Source of the DNA: Macrostomum lignano
Taxonomy: Eukaryota
NCBI GenBank assembly: GCA_002269645.1
Contig: NIVC01000249.1
Location: 62,001 to 126,000 of the forward strand
Direction: 5' to 3'
DNA length: 64,000 nt
The position numbers and the translations under genes are program-made. The notes under the pieces were generated by a model, which made no database searches, had not been told where the DNA came from, and saw only the letters and a list, made by a program, of their open reading frames with translations. Shown here piece after piece: positions 42,001 to 54,000 of the stretch. The stretch's first letter is position 1, and each line of letters begins with the position of its first letter.

Positions 42001-45000
42001 GGGAGGCGCTACCTTTGAAGGGAGAAGCTACCCTTGAAGGGAGGCGCTACCTTTGAAGGGAGAAGCTACCCTTGAAGGGAGGCGCTACCTTTAAAGGGAG
42101 AAGCTACCCTTGGGTGAGGCGCTACCCTTGAAGGGAGAAGCTTACCCTGAGGGGGGGCTACCCTTCAAGGAAGAGGGGGGCGCTACCCTTGAAAGGAGAA
42201 GCTACCCTTGGGGGGCTACCCTTCAAGGGAGAGGGGGCGCTACCCTTGAAAGGAGAAGCTACCCTTGGGGGGAGGCGCTCGCTACCTTTGGGGAGGCTCA
42301 AAGGGTGTGATGTAAATTTGAGAGTTTGCGAATCAGCTCCTTTCACCTGGACTGCCTCCATTCCAGCTATCTAGATTTGACATTCCACAACACAGGCCCA
42401 GTGTGTTTATGCCGGCCGTTAAAACAAAGCTGCAAGAGGCTTCCGGGGAAGACAAAATCCGCGGCGATTTGTAAAGCGGACAAAAAAATCAATTTAGAAG
42501 TCGAGGTCAATCCGGGAGCTGCGATTGAAAATCTTGGCGGAATGGCCGAAGAGGTCGCGACCCCTGGCTGCACACCTTCACGCTCTCACCCAAACCGGAG
42601 GCCCACATGCCGACCTGAGCCTCGCCTGAGGAGCGGAGAAGTCGCGGGACACGAGGCGTGAACCAATTCGCCCCCCCCCCACCCCGACAACACGCCGCTC
42701 CTCTCCCAACCCTCCATCAACTTCCCGTAGGTGTTACGTCCGAGCAGCCATCATATCAAAATTCGACCGGAGCCTCTTCCGTGTTCGAAAACAAACCGCT
42801 GACCCTTCGGGAGGCTCGCCGAACCCCACCGCTTCCGCCCGTCTGTTCCCGGGCCAGCAATGCCCCTGCGCCCGGCAAATCCCCCCCCCCCCAATTTTCC
42901 CATTTTCATGTCTGACAGTTGCTTTTTCCCAAGAAATTGGCTGGGAGGCGAGAAAACGAAGATGGGACAGAATGGCGGCAGTCACGGGGGACTTGAGGCT
43001 GCTTTTAAAAGAAACTTCTTTAGTACAAAACATTGCTTGGGATCTTAAGGGATTTCGAGTTTTAGTTAATGAGAGATCTTTGGGAGATTTCGAATTACAT
43101 TCGGTGGGATCTTTATGGAGATTTTAAATCACATTTGATGGGATCTTTGGGGAGATTTTGAATATTACATTGGATGGGATCTTTGGGAGATTTCGATTAG
43201 ATTTGATGGTATCTTTGGGAGATTTTGAATATTAAATTTGATGGGATCTTCGAGAGATTTCGAATATTACATTGGATGGGATCTTTGGGAGATTTCGATT
43301 AAATTTGATGGGGTCTTTGGGAGTTTTCGAATATTAAATTTGATGGGATCTTCAGGAGATTTCGAATATTAGATTTGATGGGATCTTTGGGAATTTTTTA
43401 ATATTAAATTTGATGGGATCTTTGGAAGATTTCGAATATCACATTTGATGGGCTCTTTGGAGAGATTTCGAATATAGCATTTGATGGGATCTTTGGGAGA
43501 TTTCTTATTACATTTGTTGGGAACTTTGGGAGATTTCGAATTACATTCGGTGGGATCTGGGGATATTTTGAATTACACTTGATGGGACCTGGGGATTTCG
43601 AATTCAAGTTTTTCGGCTAGACCACTAAAATCCCCATTCCAAAACGGCATGGCTACTGGGAGAGTTCCAGCAGAGCCAGTCGAAGCCGAAGTTGCCTGGC
43701 GGTTCCGGTCGAGCCGGCGCAGCCCCTGCCCGATCTGCACGGGACAGTTGCGAAATCCTGGCATGGCGCATTCCATTCTGTTCCAAATCAGTTCTGCACT
43801 GCTGCGTCTCCCATGCTCAGCATCCCAAATCCCATTGATCAGTTCCGTTCTATTCCACCCAATCAATTGTAGGCAGCTTGTACATCTCATTACACACATC
43901 CCTTTTTGAACTTCGGGCTTCATAAGTACTTTTAATAAGTCCAATACTACATAAAAAAGGCCCCATAGTAACACGCTGTCGACGGATTCCACTGGTTCGC
44001 AGTAGAGGCAGCGGCAGTCACTTTAATACCGAGAAGAAAAAATGATGACACTTCGATAGCAACTGATGCATTCTGGAACTGAGGGACCAATGGATTCGAG
44101 TCAAGCATTCCAGACAACGGGGAACACGCGGGTCCCCCTGTAGCAACTGCTGCCGTTTGCAATGTCAGTAAAGACAGGCCACTCGAAGCGCTCGCGGTGC
44201 CACCCCACTCTGCCCCGATTCAAGGAGACTTCGAGCCTTGAATCTGGAGTAGCACAATTCTCATTAAAAATCACTGTGATCAGTCTTTGGTGCAGAGTAA
44301 TTCTGTTATTTTATTACCAATCGCATGACAACACAAATTTTCAAGAAGTCGTGGCGCGAGAGTCTCTTTTTTGATTGAGAGCAATCCAGATTGTCGTCCA
44401 AGGCCTCCTTGTACCTCTTATTCCCCCCGGCGCTCGCCGCTCATCATTAGCTCGGCCAGACCAAAACTAAGATCGGCTGTTAAAACTAACGAACACAGGG
44501 AGTCGTATAACACCCCACTCGATAACAGAGAAAGGCGTTGGTGACTTGTCTGGTGTTTGCGTAAGATAGAGTGGGCATGCGGGGTAATGTCGCTGTAAAA
44601 CTGCTGCGCAGATAGGCCGTAAATTTGTTAGAATTGACCGGACCGCGCTTGATGTTAGACAGCGATAACTGCTTTGGTGAGTGTTGAACCCCCAGTATGA
44701 GCTATTGAAGGACGCAAATCAACGCTGGATGCTGAGGTGCCGAAGTCTTAACGCTGGATGCTGAGGTGCCGATGTCTTAACGCTGGATGCTGAGGTGCCG
44801 AAGTCTTAACGCTGGATGCTGAGGTGCCGATGTCTTAACGCTGGATGCTGAGGTGCCGAAGTCTTAACGCTGGATGCTGAGGTGCCGATGTCTTAACGCT
44901 GGATGCTGAGGTGCCGAAGTCTTAACGCTGGATGCTGAGGTGCCGAAGTCTTAACGTTGGATGCTGAGGTGCCGATGTCTTAACACTGGATGCTGAGGTG

Positions 45001-48000
45001 CCGAAGTCCTAACGCTGGATGCTGAGGTGCCGAGGTCTTAAGGCTGGATGCTGAGGTGCCGAGGTCTTAACGCTGGATGCTGAGGTGCCGAGGTCTTAAC
45101 ACTGGATGCTGAGGTGCCGATGTCGTAACGCTGGATGCTGAGGTGCCGAAGTCTTAACGCTGGATGCTGAGTTGCCGAAGTCTTAACGTTGGATGCTGAG
45201 TTGCCGAAGTCTTAACGTTGGATGCTGAGGTGCCGAGGTCTTAACACTGGATGCTGAGGTGCCGATGTCTTAACACTGGATGCTGAGGTGCTGAGATCCT
45301 AACGCTGGATGCTGAGGTGCCGAGGTCTTAACGCTGGATGCTGAGGTGCTGAGATCTTAACGCTGGATGTTGAGGTGCCGAGGATCTGTGTGCTCTAGCT
45401 ATTGTCTCTCTGGATGCTGAGGCCTTGACGCCAGTTACTAAGGCGCCCAATGTTTTTACTGGTGCACCAGAATGCCCAGCCCGCCTACACAGGAAAGCAG
45501 CATATCATTATCGCAGCCCCCAGTTTATTACCATGGTGATAATTAGCGGGTAAACTGATGCCCAGCCAGGTTATTCGCAATAGAAATCGAAAGCATGCAC
45601 ACACCCTCTGCCCCATATACACTCGGAGCAGTTATGAAGCGGAGACCGACAAAACTAATAAGCCAAGTTTACACAACACACACACAGAGATTTTGTTTAG
45701 CTTGGTGACAAGAGAGATATTGCGTCACATCCAGGCTAGGCTATGATACGGGAACCGCCGTCTCCATTGTCCGGAAATGATTTATTGGTAGGTAACTAAG
45801 GGAGGGAGGCGGCTGGAGGTCAGATTACATGCCGGAGGGCCGGAGGGCCAGCGATGTTTGGCTGGGGGCGCATGCGGCAGACTGAGGTCGGTCTGTGAAT
45901 GAGAATTAACAATTAAATTAATATTTCGTAATAATTAACAGAAGGTGCCTTCCAGAGCAGGGAAAAATTATTGTGTAAAAATCATAGCACCAGGGCATCA
46001 ACGCTATTTGTGCGGCCAAACCTCAGTTCAAGGGGATCAAACTGGCTGTCAGAGTCACAAAAAAGGTAAATTTTGTCAATGCTTGTCGAGGGCGCTCAAG
46101 GTACTCGTAGTTGCGATTGATGCCAAAATAGTTGCTAGGGGCACTCAGGTTAGTTGCTAAAATGGTTGTCAAGAGCACCAAAATGGTTGTCAAGGCTGCC
46201 AAAATGGTTGTCAAGGGTGCCAAAATTGTTGTCAAGGGTGCCAAAATGGTTGTCAGTGACGCTCAAGGTAGTTGCTAAGGACGCCAAAAATGGATGCCAA
46301 TGGCACCAATGTACTCGTAGCTGCTAAGTTAAGGTGCTCAAATGGTTGTCAAGGGCACCAAGGTTAGTTGCTAAGGGCACCCAAAATCAGTAAGCATCGA
46401 AATTTGGAGCACCAAAAATGGTAGACAAGTGGCGTCCACAAGAGCACTTACTGCGCACTGCTAGCCGCTGGCCACTTCAAAGCCAGGCAAAAGACCCGAA
46501 TTCGGGAGAAGGCAATTGAAAATCCTCACTCGGAACTCTTCAGAAGAAAAGAAGTCTTGTCCATAATTGGTGCTGCGCCGCCAGTACCAGGGGGTTACAA
46601 ATAGGTTATTGTAAAAGCAGAATAATCTATACTGCAAGACCCATAGGACTGCAACATCAATTTGTGTTTTTATAGCCCTCTTGCAGACTAAAAGAAGACA
46701 GAGATTGACCCGCAAAAGAATCCTTGCGTGTTTTTATTCAAGTGCCGCATTTTTGTTCCTCAACTGCCTGCAAAAGCAACTTTTCGTTGGTTTTTTTATC
46801 ATTTTCGGCTCGCAGTTGCCGGCCGCCCGACTGGCTTTTTTCTTCTCTGCATTGGCTATCGAAATTTTATTGGAATTCGACGTTGTTGGTACTGTTGGAT
46901 CAGATGACTCAGTTTTAGGGAATTTAGCTTTGTCACTGCTACATGTACCTGTATTGGGCCACATAGTCTGGTTTGAGTCAGATGGGTTCAAATTGGGTCA
47001 GATGAGGTCATGCGTTCGACCAGATGAGGTCCTATAGGATAAATTGGATGTAGATTGGGTCAGATGGTGTCAACTTGTGTCAGATTGTATCAGCTTGTGT
47101 CAGATGGTGTCAACTTGTGTCAGATGGTGGCAACTTGTGTCAGATGGTGTCAGCTGGTGTCAGATGGAGTCAAATTGTGTCAGATTGTGTCAACTTGTGT
47201 CAGAGTGTGTCAACTTCTGTTAGAGTGTGTCAACGTGTGTCAGAGTGTGTCAAACTGTGTCAGAGTGTGTCAAATTGTGTCAGAGTGTGTCAAATTGTGT
47301 CAGAGTGTGTCAAATTGTGTCAGAGTGTGTCAACTTGTGTCAGATGGTGTCAAATTGTGTCAGATGGTGTCAAATTGTGTCAGATGGTGGCAACTTGTGT
47401 CAGATGGTGGCAACTTGTGTCAGATGGTGTCAACTTGTGTCAGATGGTGGAAACTTGTGTCAGATGGTGTCAGCTGGTGTCAGATGGAGTCAAATTGTGT
47501 CAGATTATGTCAACTTCTGTTAGAGTGTGTCAAATTGTGTCAGAGTGTGTCAAATTGTGTCAGAGTGTGTCAAATTGTGTGTCAGAGTGTGTCAACTTGT
47601 GTCAAAGTGTGTCAAATTGTGTCAGAGTGTGTCAAACGGGGTCAGCTGAGGTCAGATAGTTCAGATGGGGTCAGGTGAGGTCAGATAGTTCAGATGGGGT
47701 CAGGTGAGGTCAGATAGTTCAGATGGGGTCAGGTGAGGTCAGATAGTTCAGATGGGGTCAGGTGAGGTCAGATAGTTCAGATGGGGTCAGGTGAGGTCAG
47801 ATAGTTCAGATGTGGTCAAGTGAGGTCAGATAGTTCAGATGGGGTCAGATGAGGCCAGATAGTTCAGATGGGGTCAGCTGAGGTCAGTTAGTTCAAATGG
47901 GGTCGGATAAAACTAGGTGAGGTCAGATAGTTCAGATGGGTTCAAGTGAGGTCAGATAGTTCAGATGGGGTCAGCTGAGTTCAGATAGTTCAGATGGGGT

Positions 48001-51000
48001 CAGCTGAGTTCAGATAGTTCAGATGGGGTCAGCTGAGTTCAGATAGTTCAGATGGGGTCAGCTGAGTTCAGATAGTTCAGATGGGGTCAGCTGAGGTCAG
48101 ATAGTTCAGATGGGGTCAGCTGAGTTCAGATAGTTCAGATGGGGTCGGATAAAACCAATAGCTCATTTGTTAGATGCGAAACAAGTCTCAAAAGTAAGTC
48201 GCATAACTACTGTACTGAAATGAATAGAACTCTCACAATACTACTATCTGAGTAGTCAGAATGTACTACAAAACTGTCAATCAAAGAGAAAATCAGCTTT
48301 TTTCTTCAAAATCAGGTTAGCCGCCGACTCACCCGCGTCCCTGTCGACAGCCCGCACCCTGGCCACCGCGGAGCCTTGCGGCGCATCCTCGGAGAGCCGC
48401 GCCTCGGTGTCAGCGACTGCCGTGACCGCCGTCCTGTTGACTGTCGGGCCGGTGTCGATGACGAACTCCGGCGAGCAGTCGTTCTCGTCCAGAACGTCGA
48501 TCTCAACGACGTCAATCTCCGTGTCGAAGTCGGCGTCTTCCTCGTCATCGTATTCGGCAAAAAAATTTTGTCGTCAATTTCGGACACGATAGTCAGCGAG
48601 AGTCTTTGTTCGGCTTCACGATCCAGACTGCCGTTGAGCGCCACCGCGCCAGTTCGCTCGTCCAAGGTGAACATCTTCTCGACGCTGGCACCCGACAGTC
48701 GATAGCGTCGCCGAACACCGGCGGCGAGGCCACCGCCAAACTCCGCCACTGTCGATCCTGGCAACGTCGCCTCTGACAGGCGCAGTCGATGCCGCCGAAG
48801 CCTCCGAGGAATCGCCGAGGTGCCAGCGGCGGTGGCGGCGGCGGCGGCGGCGGCGGCGGCCCAGCGCTTCGATCGCCGCCTCGGCGCGCAGTCGTCCAGC
48901 TCGATCTGCAGCCTCCGCGGCGGTGTGCCGAACACCCCGTCAGTAGCAATGATGAGAAGCTTCAGCGGCCGTCCCCGAAGAAGGCGGCGACGGCGGCGGC
49001 GAATGCGGCGACACGCGTCAACAGCGGCGCCACTGGTTGCCATGGAAACGGCTCCAGTGTCGATGTCGACATCGAATAAGATGTCGGCGTCGCCTTCGCC
49101 GCGGCCGCGGCCGCCGCCAAGAGAGAAGTAGCGAACCGGCGGCCGGTCCTCGGGATCGTCGTCAGCTACGGCGAGCAGGTCGCTGCCGGCGGGCACCAAG
49201 TCGACGGTTGCCGCCGATCCCGACTGCCGGAGCTTTGCCGTGGAGAGTCGAATAGTCGAAGCGGAGGAGGACTCGTAGCTAGGCGCCGCCCACCTCAACG
49301 GCTGGTCGTTGACGTCAAGGACGCGGACTGTCACCTCGGCGGGATGACCGACGGCTCCGGCGGAGTCGGCAGCGAAGGCCAGAAATCGCAGGGTGGCGTT
49401 CGGCAGCGACTCCCGGTCCAGCCGTCGCCTCAGTCGCAGCTGCCCGGTGGCTGGGTTGATGCTGAAGGCCTCGACGCCGCTGCCGGCAACGCTGTCGTTT
49501 TCGATGTTGGCCAGCCGGTAGGTCAGCTGGAAGTCGGCGCCGGGATCCTGGGCGCGCAGCGGCAGCAGCGGCTCGCCCGGCGCGGCGTCCTCGCGGACCA
49601 GCAGCGAGTAGGCGGCGGACTCGAACACCGGCGGCCGGGCGATGTCGACTTCAAGGTTGTAGCCCACTGTCAGCGCCGCTGTCGCTACTGCGATGTCGGA
49701 CTGGGAGGTCGGACTTGTCGATTTGACCCTATTTATTTGGGTCATAGGCAGTTAAGTAGGTCACTGAATTGTGGGTCAATTACTGCTAGCGATTGCGGGA
49801 GATTTCAAGTTGCAGCTGATAGGATCTGTGTAGGAGTCAGCTGGGTCAGGTGAGAGAGTCAGCTGGGTCAGGTGAGAGAGTCAGCTGGGTCAGGTGAGTT
49901 GGTCAGCTGGGTCAGGTGAGTTGGTCAGCTGGGTCAGGTGAGAGGGTCAGCTGGGTCAGGTGAGAGAGTCAGCTGGGTCAGGTGAGAGGGTCAGCTGGGT
50001 CAGGTGAGAGGGTCAGCTGGGTCAGGTGAGTTGGTCAGCTGGGTCAGGTGAGTTGGTCAGCTGGGTCAGGTGAGGGGTCAGCTGAGGGTCAGGTGAGTTG
50101 GTCAGCTGGGTCAGTGAACGGTTCTGCTGCTCAAACCTGACAGTGGCAGCCACGGTCAGGCCATAGGGCGTCGCCGTCCCGTTGAGTCGTCGTCGGAGGC
50201 GCAACCGAAAGCTGCTACCGCCGCCGACGCCGTCCACGGAGTCAGAGGAGTCGCCGGCAGCTTCAAAGAACTCGCCACCAGGGCCGTCGCTGACCCGGAC
50301 CTCCAGCCTGACCGCAGAGGAGGCGGCCACGCGGCAGACGGCGAGACTGGCGCCCAGCGGCGTGGCCTCCGACAGGCGAACGTCGCTCCAGGAGGGCGGC
50401 TGGCAGGTCAGGCCGGCGAGCACCGCGGCGTCGGTGGCGGTGTCGTTGCCGTCGGAAAAGTGCACCGCCAGACGGAACGGCGACGCCGATCGAGAATGGG
50501 GCAGCTCGAAGTCGACGGCGAAGAATTCGAGGATTCGAGTTTTCGGGAGCTGCCGAAATTCGGCCGATGCCGGCACGAATGTCACTCGGCCGCTTGTGGC
50601 GTCGAGCTGGAAGCCTTCGGCGCTGTCTCCGGTGGTCGCGAGTTCGAACCGGCCAACCGGACGGCGCGGATGATCGGCGTCGCGAGCGCGCAGGCGGAAC
50701 ACGTCGACGGAATCTGCGGAGGTCGCCGGCGCCTGCAGGATGACGTCGGCTTGTTGAAAATCGAAGTGAGGCAGGTTGTCGTTAATGTTGGCGACGGTGA
50801 CTACCACGTGGCAGACTTGGCGACGGCTGGCGTCCGCGGTAATGGCGTCAACGAGGACGTCCAGCTGGCGCTCTCGCTCGCGGTCGAGCGCAGACCGGAG
50901 CGTCAGCTCACCTGTGCTCGAGTCCAGGCTGAGCAGGCGGTTCGCCTCGTCGCCGATGAGGCGGTAGACGGCGCTGGAAGCAGCGTGTGGTTGCCAGTTG

Positions 51001-54000
51001 CAGGTAAATTACAGTTGTTAAACAACTTTGACTTGACATTCGACAGGTAAATTCTTGTTGCCAAGTGACCAAATCGATCCTATATTTCACAGGTAAACTC
51101 CCGTTGCTAAGCAACCTAAATCGATCCCATATTTCACAGGCAAACTCCCATTGCTAAGTGACCAAATCGACTTGAAATTCGAATTCTTATTGATACTCAA
51201 CCAAAATCATTCACAGGCAAAAGGCTAAGTCGGGGAATCCCCGTTGCTAAGCAACAAAAACACGGGAATCCCCAGTCGCACCGATTTGAATCATCCGAGG
51301 AGGAGTTCCCAGCGCTAGATGACGCGGGCGCCACGCGCAGGATGCTGAGGCCCACCGGCGCGTTCTCCGGGATCTTGGCGTGCTGAATGAGCCGAGCGCA
51401 CAGAGTCGGAGGCCCCCGGCTGGATGAGGCGAGGCAGCGACTGCCGGCGTTTCGCCAAGGACTGCGACGACTCTGACCGCCGGGCAGCAGGCGGACTCGA
51501 ACTCGCGACCTATCGGAATGCACCGAATCCGTTACCATAGCAACAAAGGTTAGCTCGCTAGGCAGCGCTTGGCAGCCGTCTCCTAGCAACCGGTAGTTAG
51601 GCCGGTATCTAAGCACGCCGGAGCGCGGGTGCAGCAAGAACTGGTCGGCGTCGCCGCCAGGCAACAGCCGGTAAGTCAGCTCAGGATTCGAACCATCGAC
51701 CTCCCCGCGTCCGCCGAGGTCCGGATCCCGAGCTCGCAGCCGGCCAACGAAGGCGCCGTTGCGCTGCGGTTCGTCATCGTCGGAGACGTCGCGCGGCGCG
51801 GCCAGCCGCCATTCGCGCCGGAAGAACCGCGGCGGCCAGTCGTTGGAGTTTACGACCTGGACGCTGACGGGCAGGCGGGCGACGGCCGGTGGGGATTCAC
51901 CGGCCATGGCGGCGGCGACCAGCCAGAACCGGTGGTGCCGGCGAGTCTCAAAGTCCAGCCGGCGACGCAGCCGCAGCTGTCCGTTGGCGGCACCGACGAC
52001 GAAAGCGTCAACATCCTCGGGTGCGCCCTCCAGCCGGTAGGCGACCCCGATGCCGGAGGCTGTCGCCGCTGAAGCCGTCAGGATAACGCGCTGCCGCCAG
52101 GCCGCTGGCGGCTCCGCCTCCGACATCGTCACTGAGAAGCCGCCGGCGTCGGCAGCCGGGCCGACAAATTCTGGAGTGTCGGCGGCTGGCGAAGCTTTCT
52201 AAAAATACATGAAGAAAGAGAATTTTCGCGCAAATCAGCCTACTGAACGAGTAGCTAGACGCATTCTAAACAGATTTTTTTAATTTCAGACGAACATTTA
52301 ATCAGACTGGAAATAACTATTTGCCGATAAATTTTCTCCACCTCTCTACCGAGTCTCACCTGGAGGAACACGGTCAGGTGCAGCTCGGCTGACAGGCCGG
52401 TCACGTGATCGGCAGCGGAGATGAGCAGCTGGTGCTGCGGAGACGCCTCGTAGCTCAGCTTCGCTGCCAGCCGGAGCGCGCCTGGAATGGATTGGAATGG
52501 AATGGATTGGAATGGAATGGAATGGAATGGAATGGAATGGGATGGATTGGAATGGAATGGAATGGGATGGAATGGAATGGAATGGATTGGAATGGAATGG
52601 AATGGACTGGAATGGATTGGAATGGAATGGAATGGACTGGAATGGAATGAAATGGAATGGATTGGGATGGAATGGACTGGAATGGAATGGACTGGAATGG
52701 ATTGGAATGGAATGGGATGGAATGGAATGGAATGGAATGGAATGGAATGGATTGGAATGGAATGGAATGGACTGGAATGGAATGGAATGGAATGGACTGG
52801 AATGGATTGGAATGGAATGGGATGGAATGAAATGGAATGGAATGGACTGGAATGGGATGGGATAGATTGGAATTGAATTGAACGGAATGGAATGGGAAAG
52901 GTAGATACAAAGTCAGATATTCTCAGAAACAATCTAGAATAGATACTATGGCAACACTATTTATTAGATCATACTAAACACAACTTTGACAAAAGGTCAA
53001 CAATATAAACAAATGATAATTAACAAGCTAATAGCTAATCTAGACAACAAAGTCCACTCTCGTATTGATGCACTACAGTTACAGTTAATCACAAAATATC
53101 AGACACAAATGTTGCCCCAAGCATCGGCCAAGCTGCAGACAACAATAATTGACTTTTCTAATAGTCATCCACTGCCATACAGCAGCCATCGGGGATCCAG
53201 TCACCAAGGCCCGCGCAGCAGCCTCTTCCCCACTTCCCCGTCTGCTCCCCAACCAAGGCGAGCCTGGAATCCCATTAGCCCCAACTGCCATATAAAGAAA
53301 CTCCACGAAACTCCACTTTTCCACTTTGCAGCCTGGAATCCTGACCTGACCCTGTCGGTAATAAGCTTTTAGCGTTTTCGGATGAAGCTGCTGGGGACAG
53401 CTGCTTGTTAATGATCCAAACCGCAGGTTGCTATGGAGACCCAGCCAGATAGATAATTATGTCACTATCCCTATTTTAAGATAATTTACAGCTGGTTGAA
53501 TTGTGTTTTTGAGTGACTGCAGTAGCGCCGATGTGGGAAGCAGTGGATAAAAAACTGGGCGAGGTTATTCTGTGTCTAGTTTGCTTCTGAAACATATCTG
53601 CGAATCAGGTGTGCTGCATCTGCTGCCTTCTCTCAGACTGAACTGCCTGCGACTCAATTCATCTGCTCTGGGCCCATCAGCTCCCACTTTATCTCTCTTC
53701 CCCATCTCATATTCTGCCCATCTCTCTTTCCCATCCCATATTCTCCCCATCTCTCTCTCTCTCCTATCCATCCCACATTCTCCCCATCTCTATCTTCTCC
53801 CCATTCCATATTCTCCCCATCTCTCTCTTTACCATCCCATATTCTCCCCATCTCTCTCTTCACAATTTCACATTCTCCCCATCTCTCTCTTCCCCATCCC
53901 ATATTCTCCCCATCTCTCTCTTCACAATTTCACATTCTCCCCATCTCTCTCTCTCTTCCCCATCCTATATTCTCCCCATCTATCTTCCCCATTCCAAATT

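Noticed and set aside
52986-53372. 128-aa plus-strand ORF as a retroelement ORF1/gag
   Set aside because: No recognisable motif, LTR or RT nearby.
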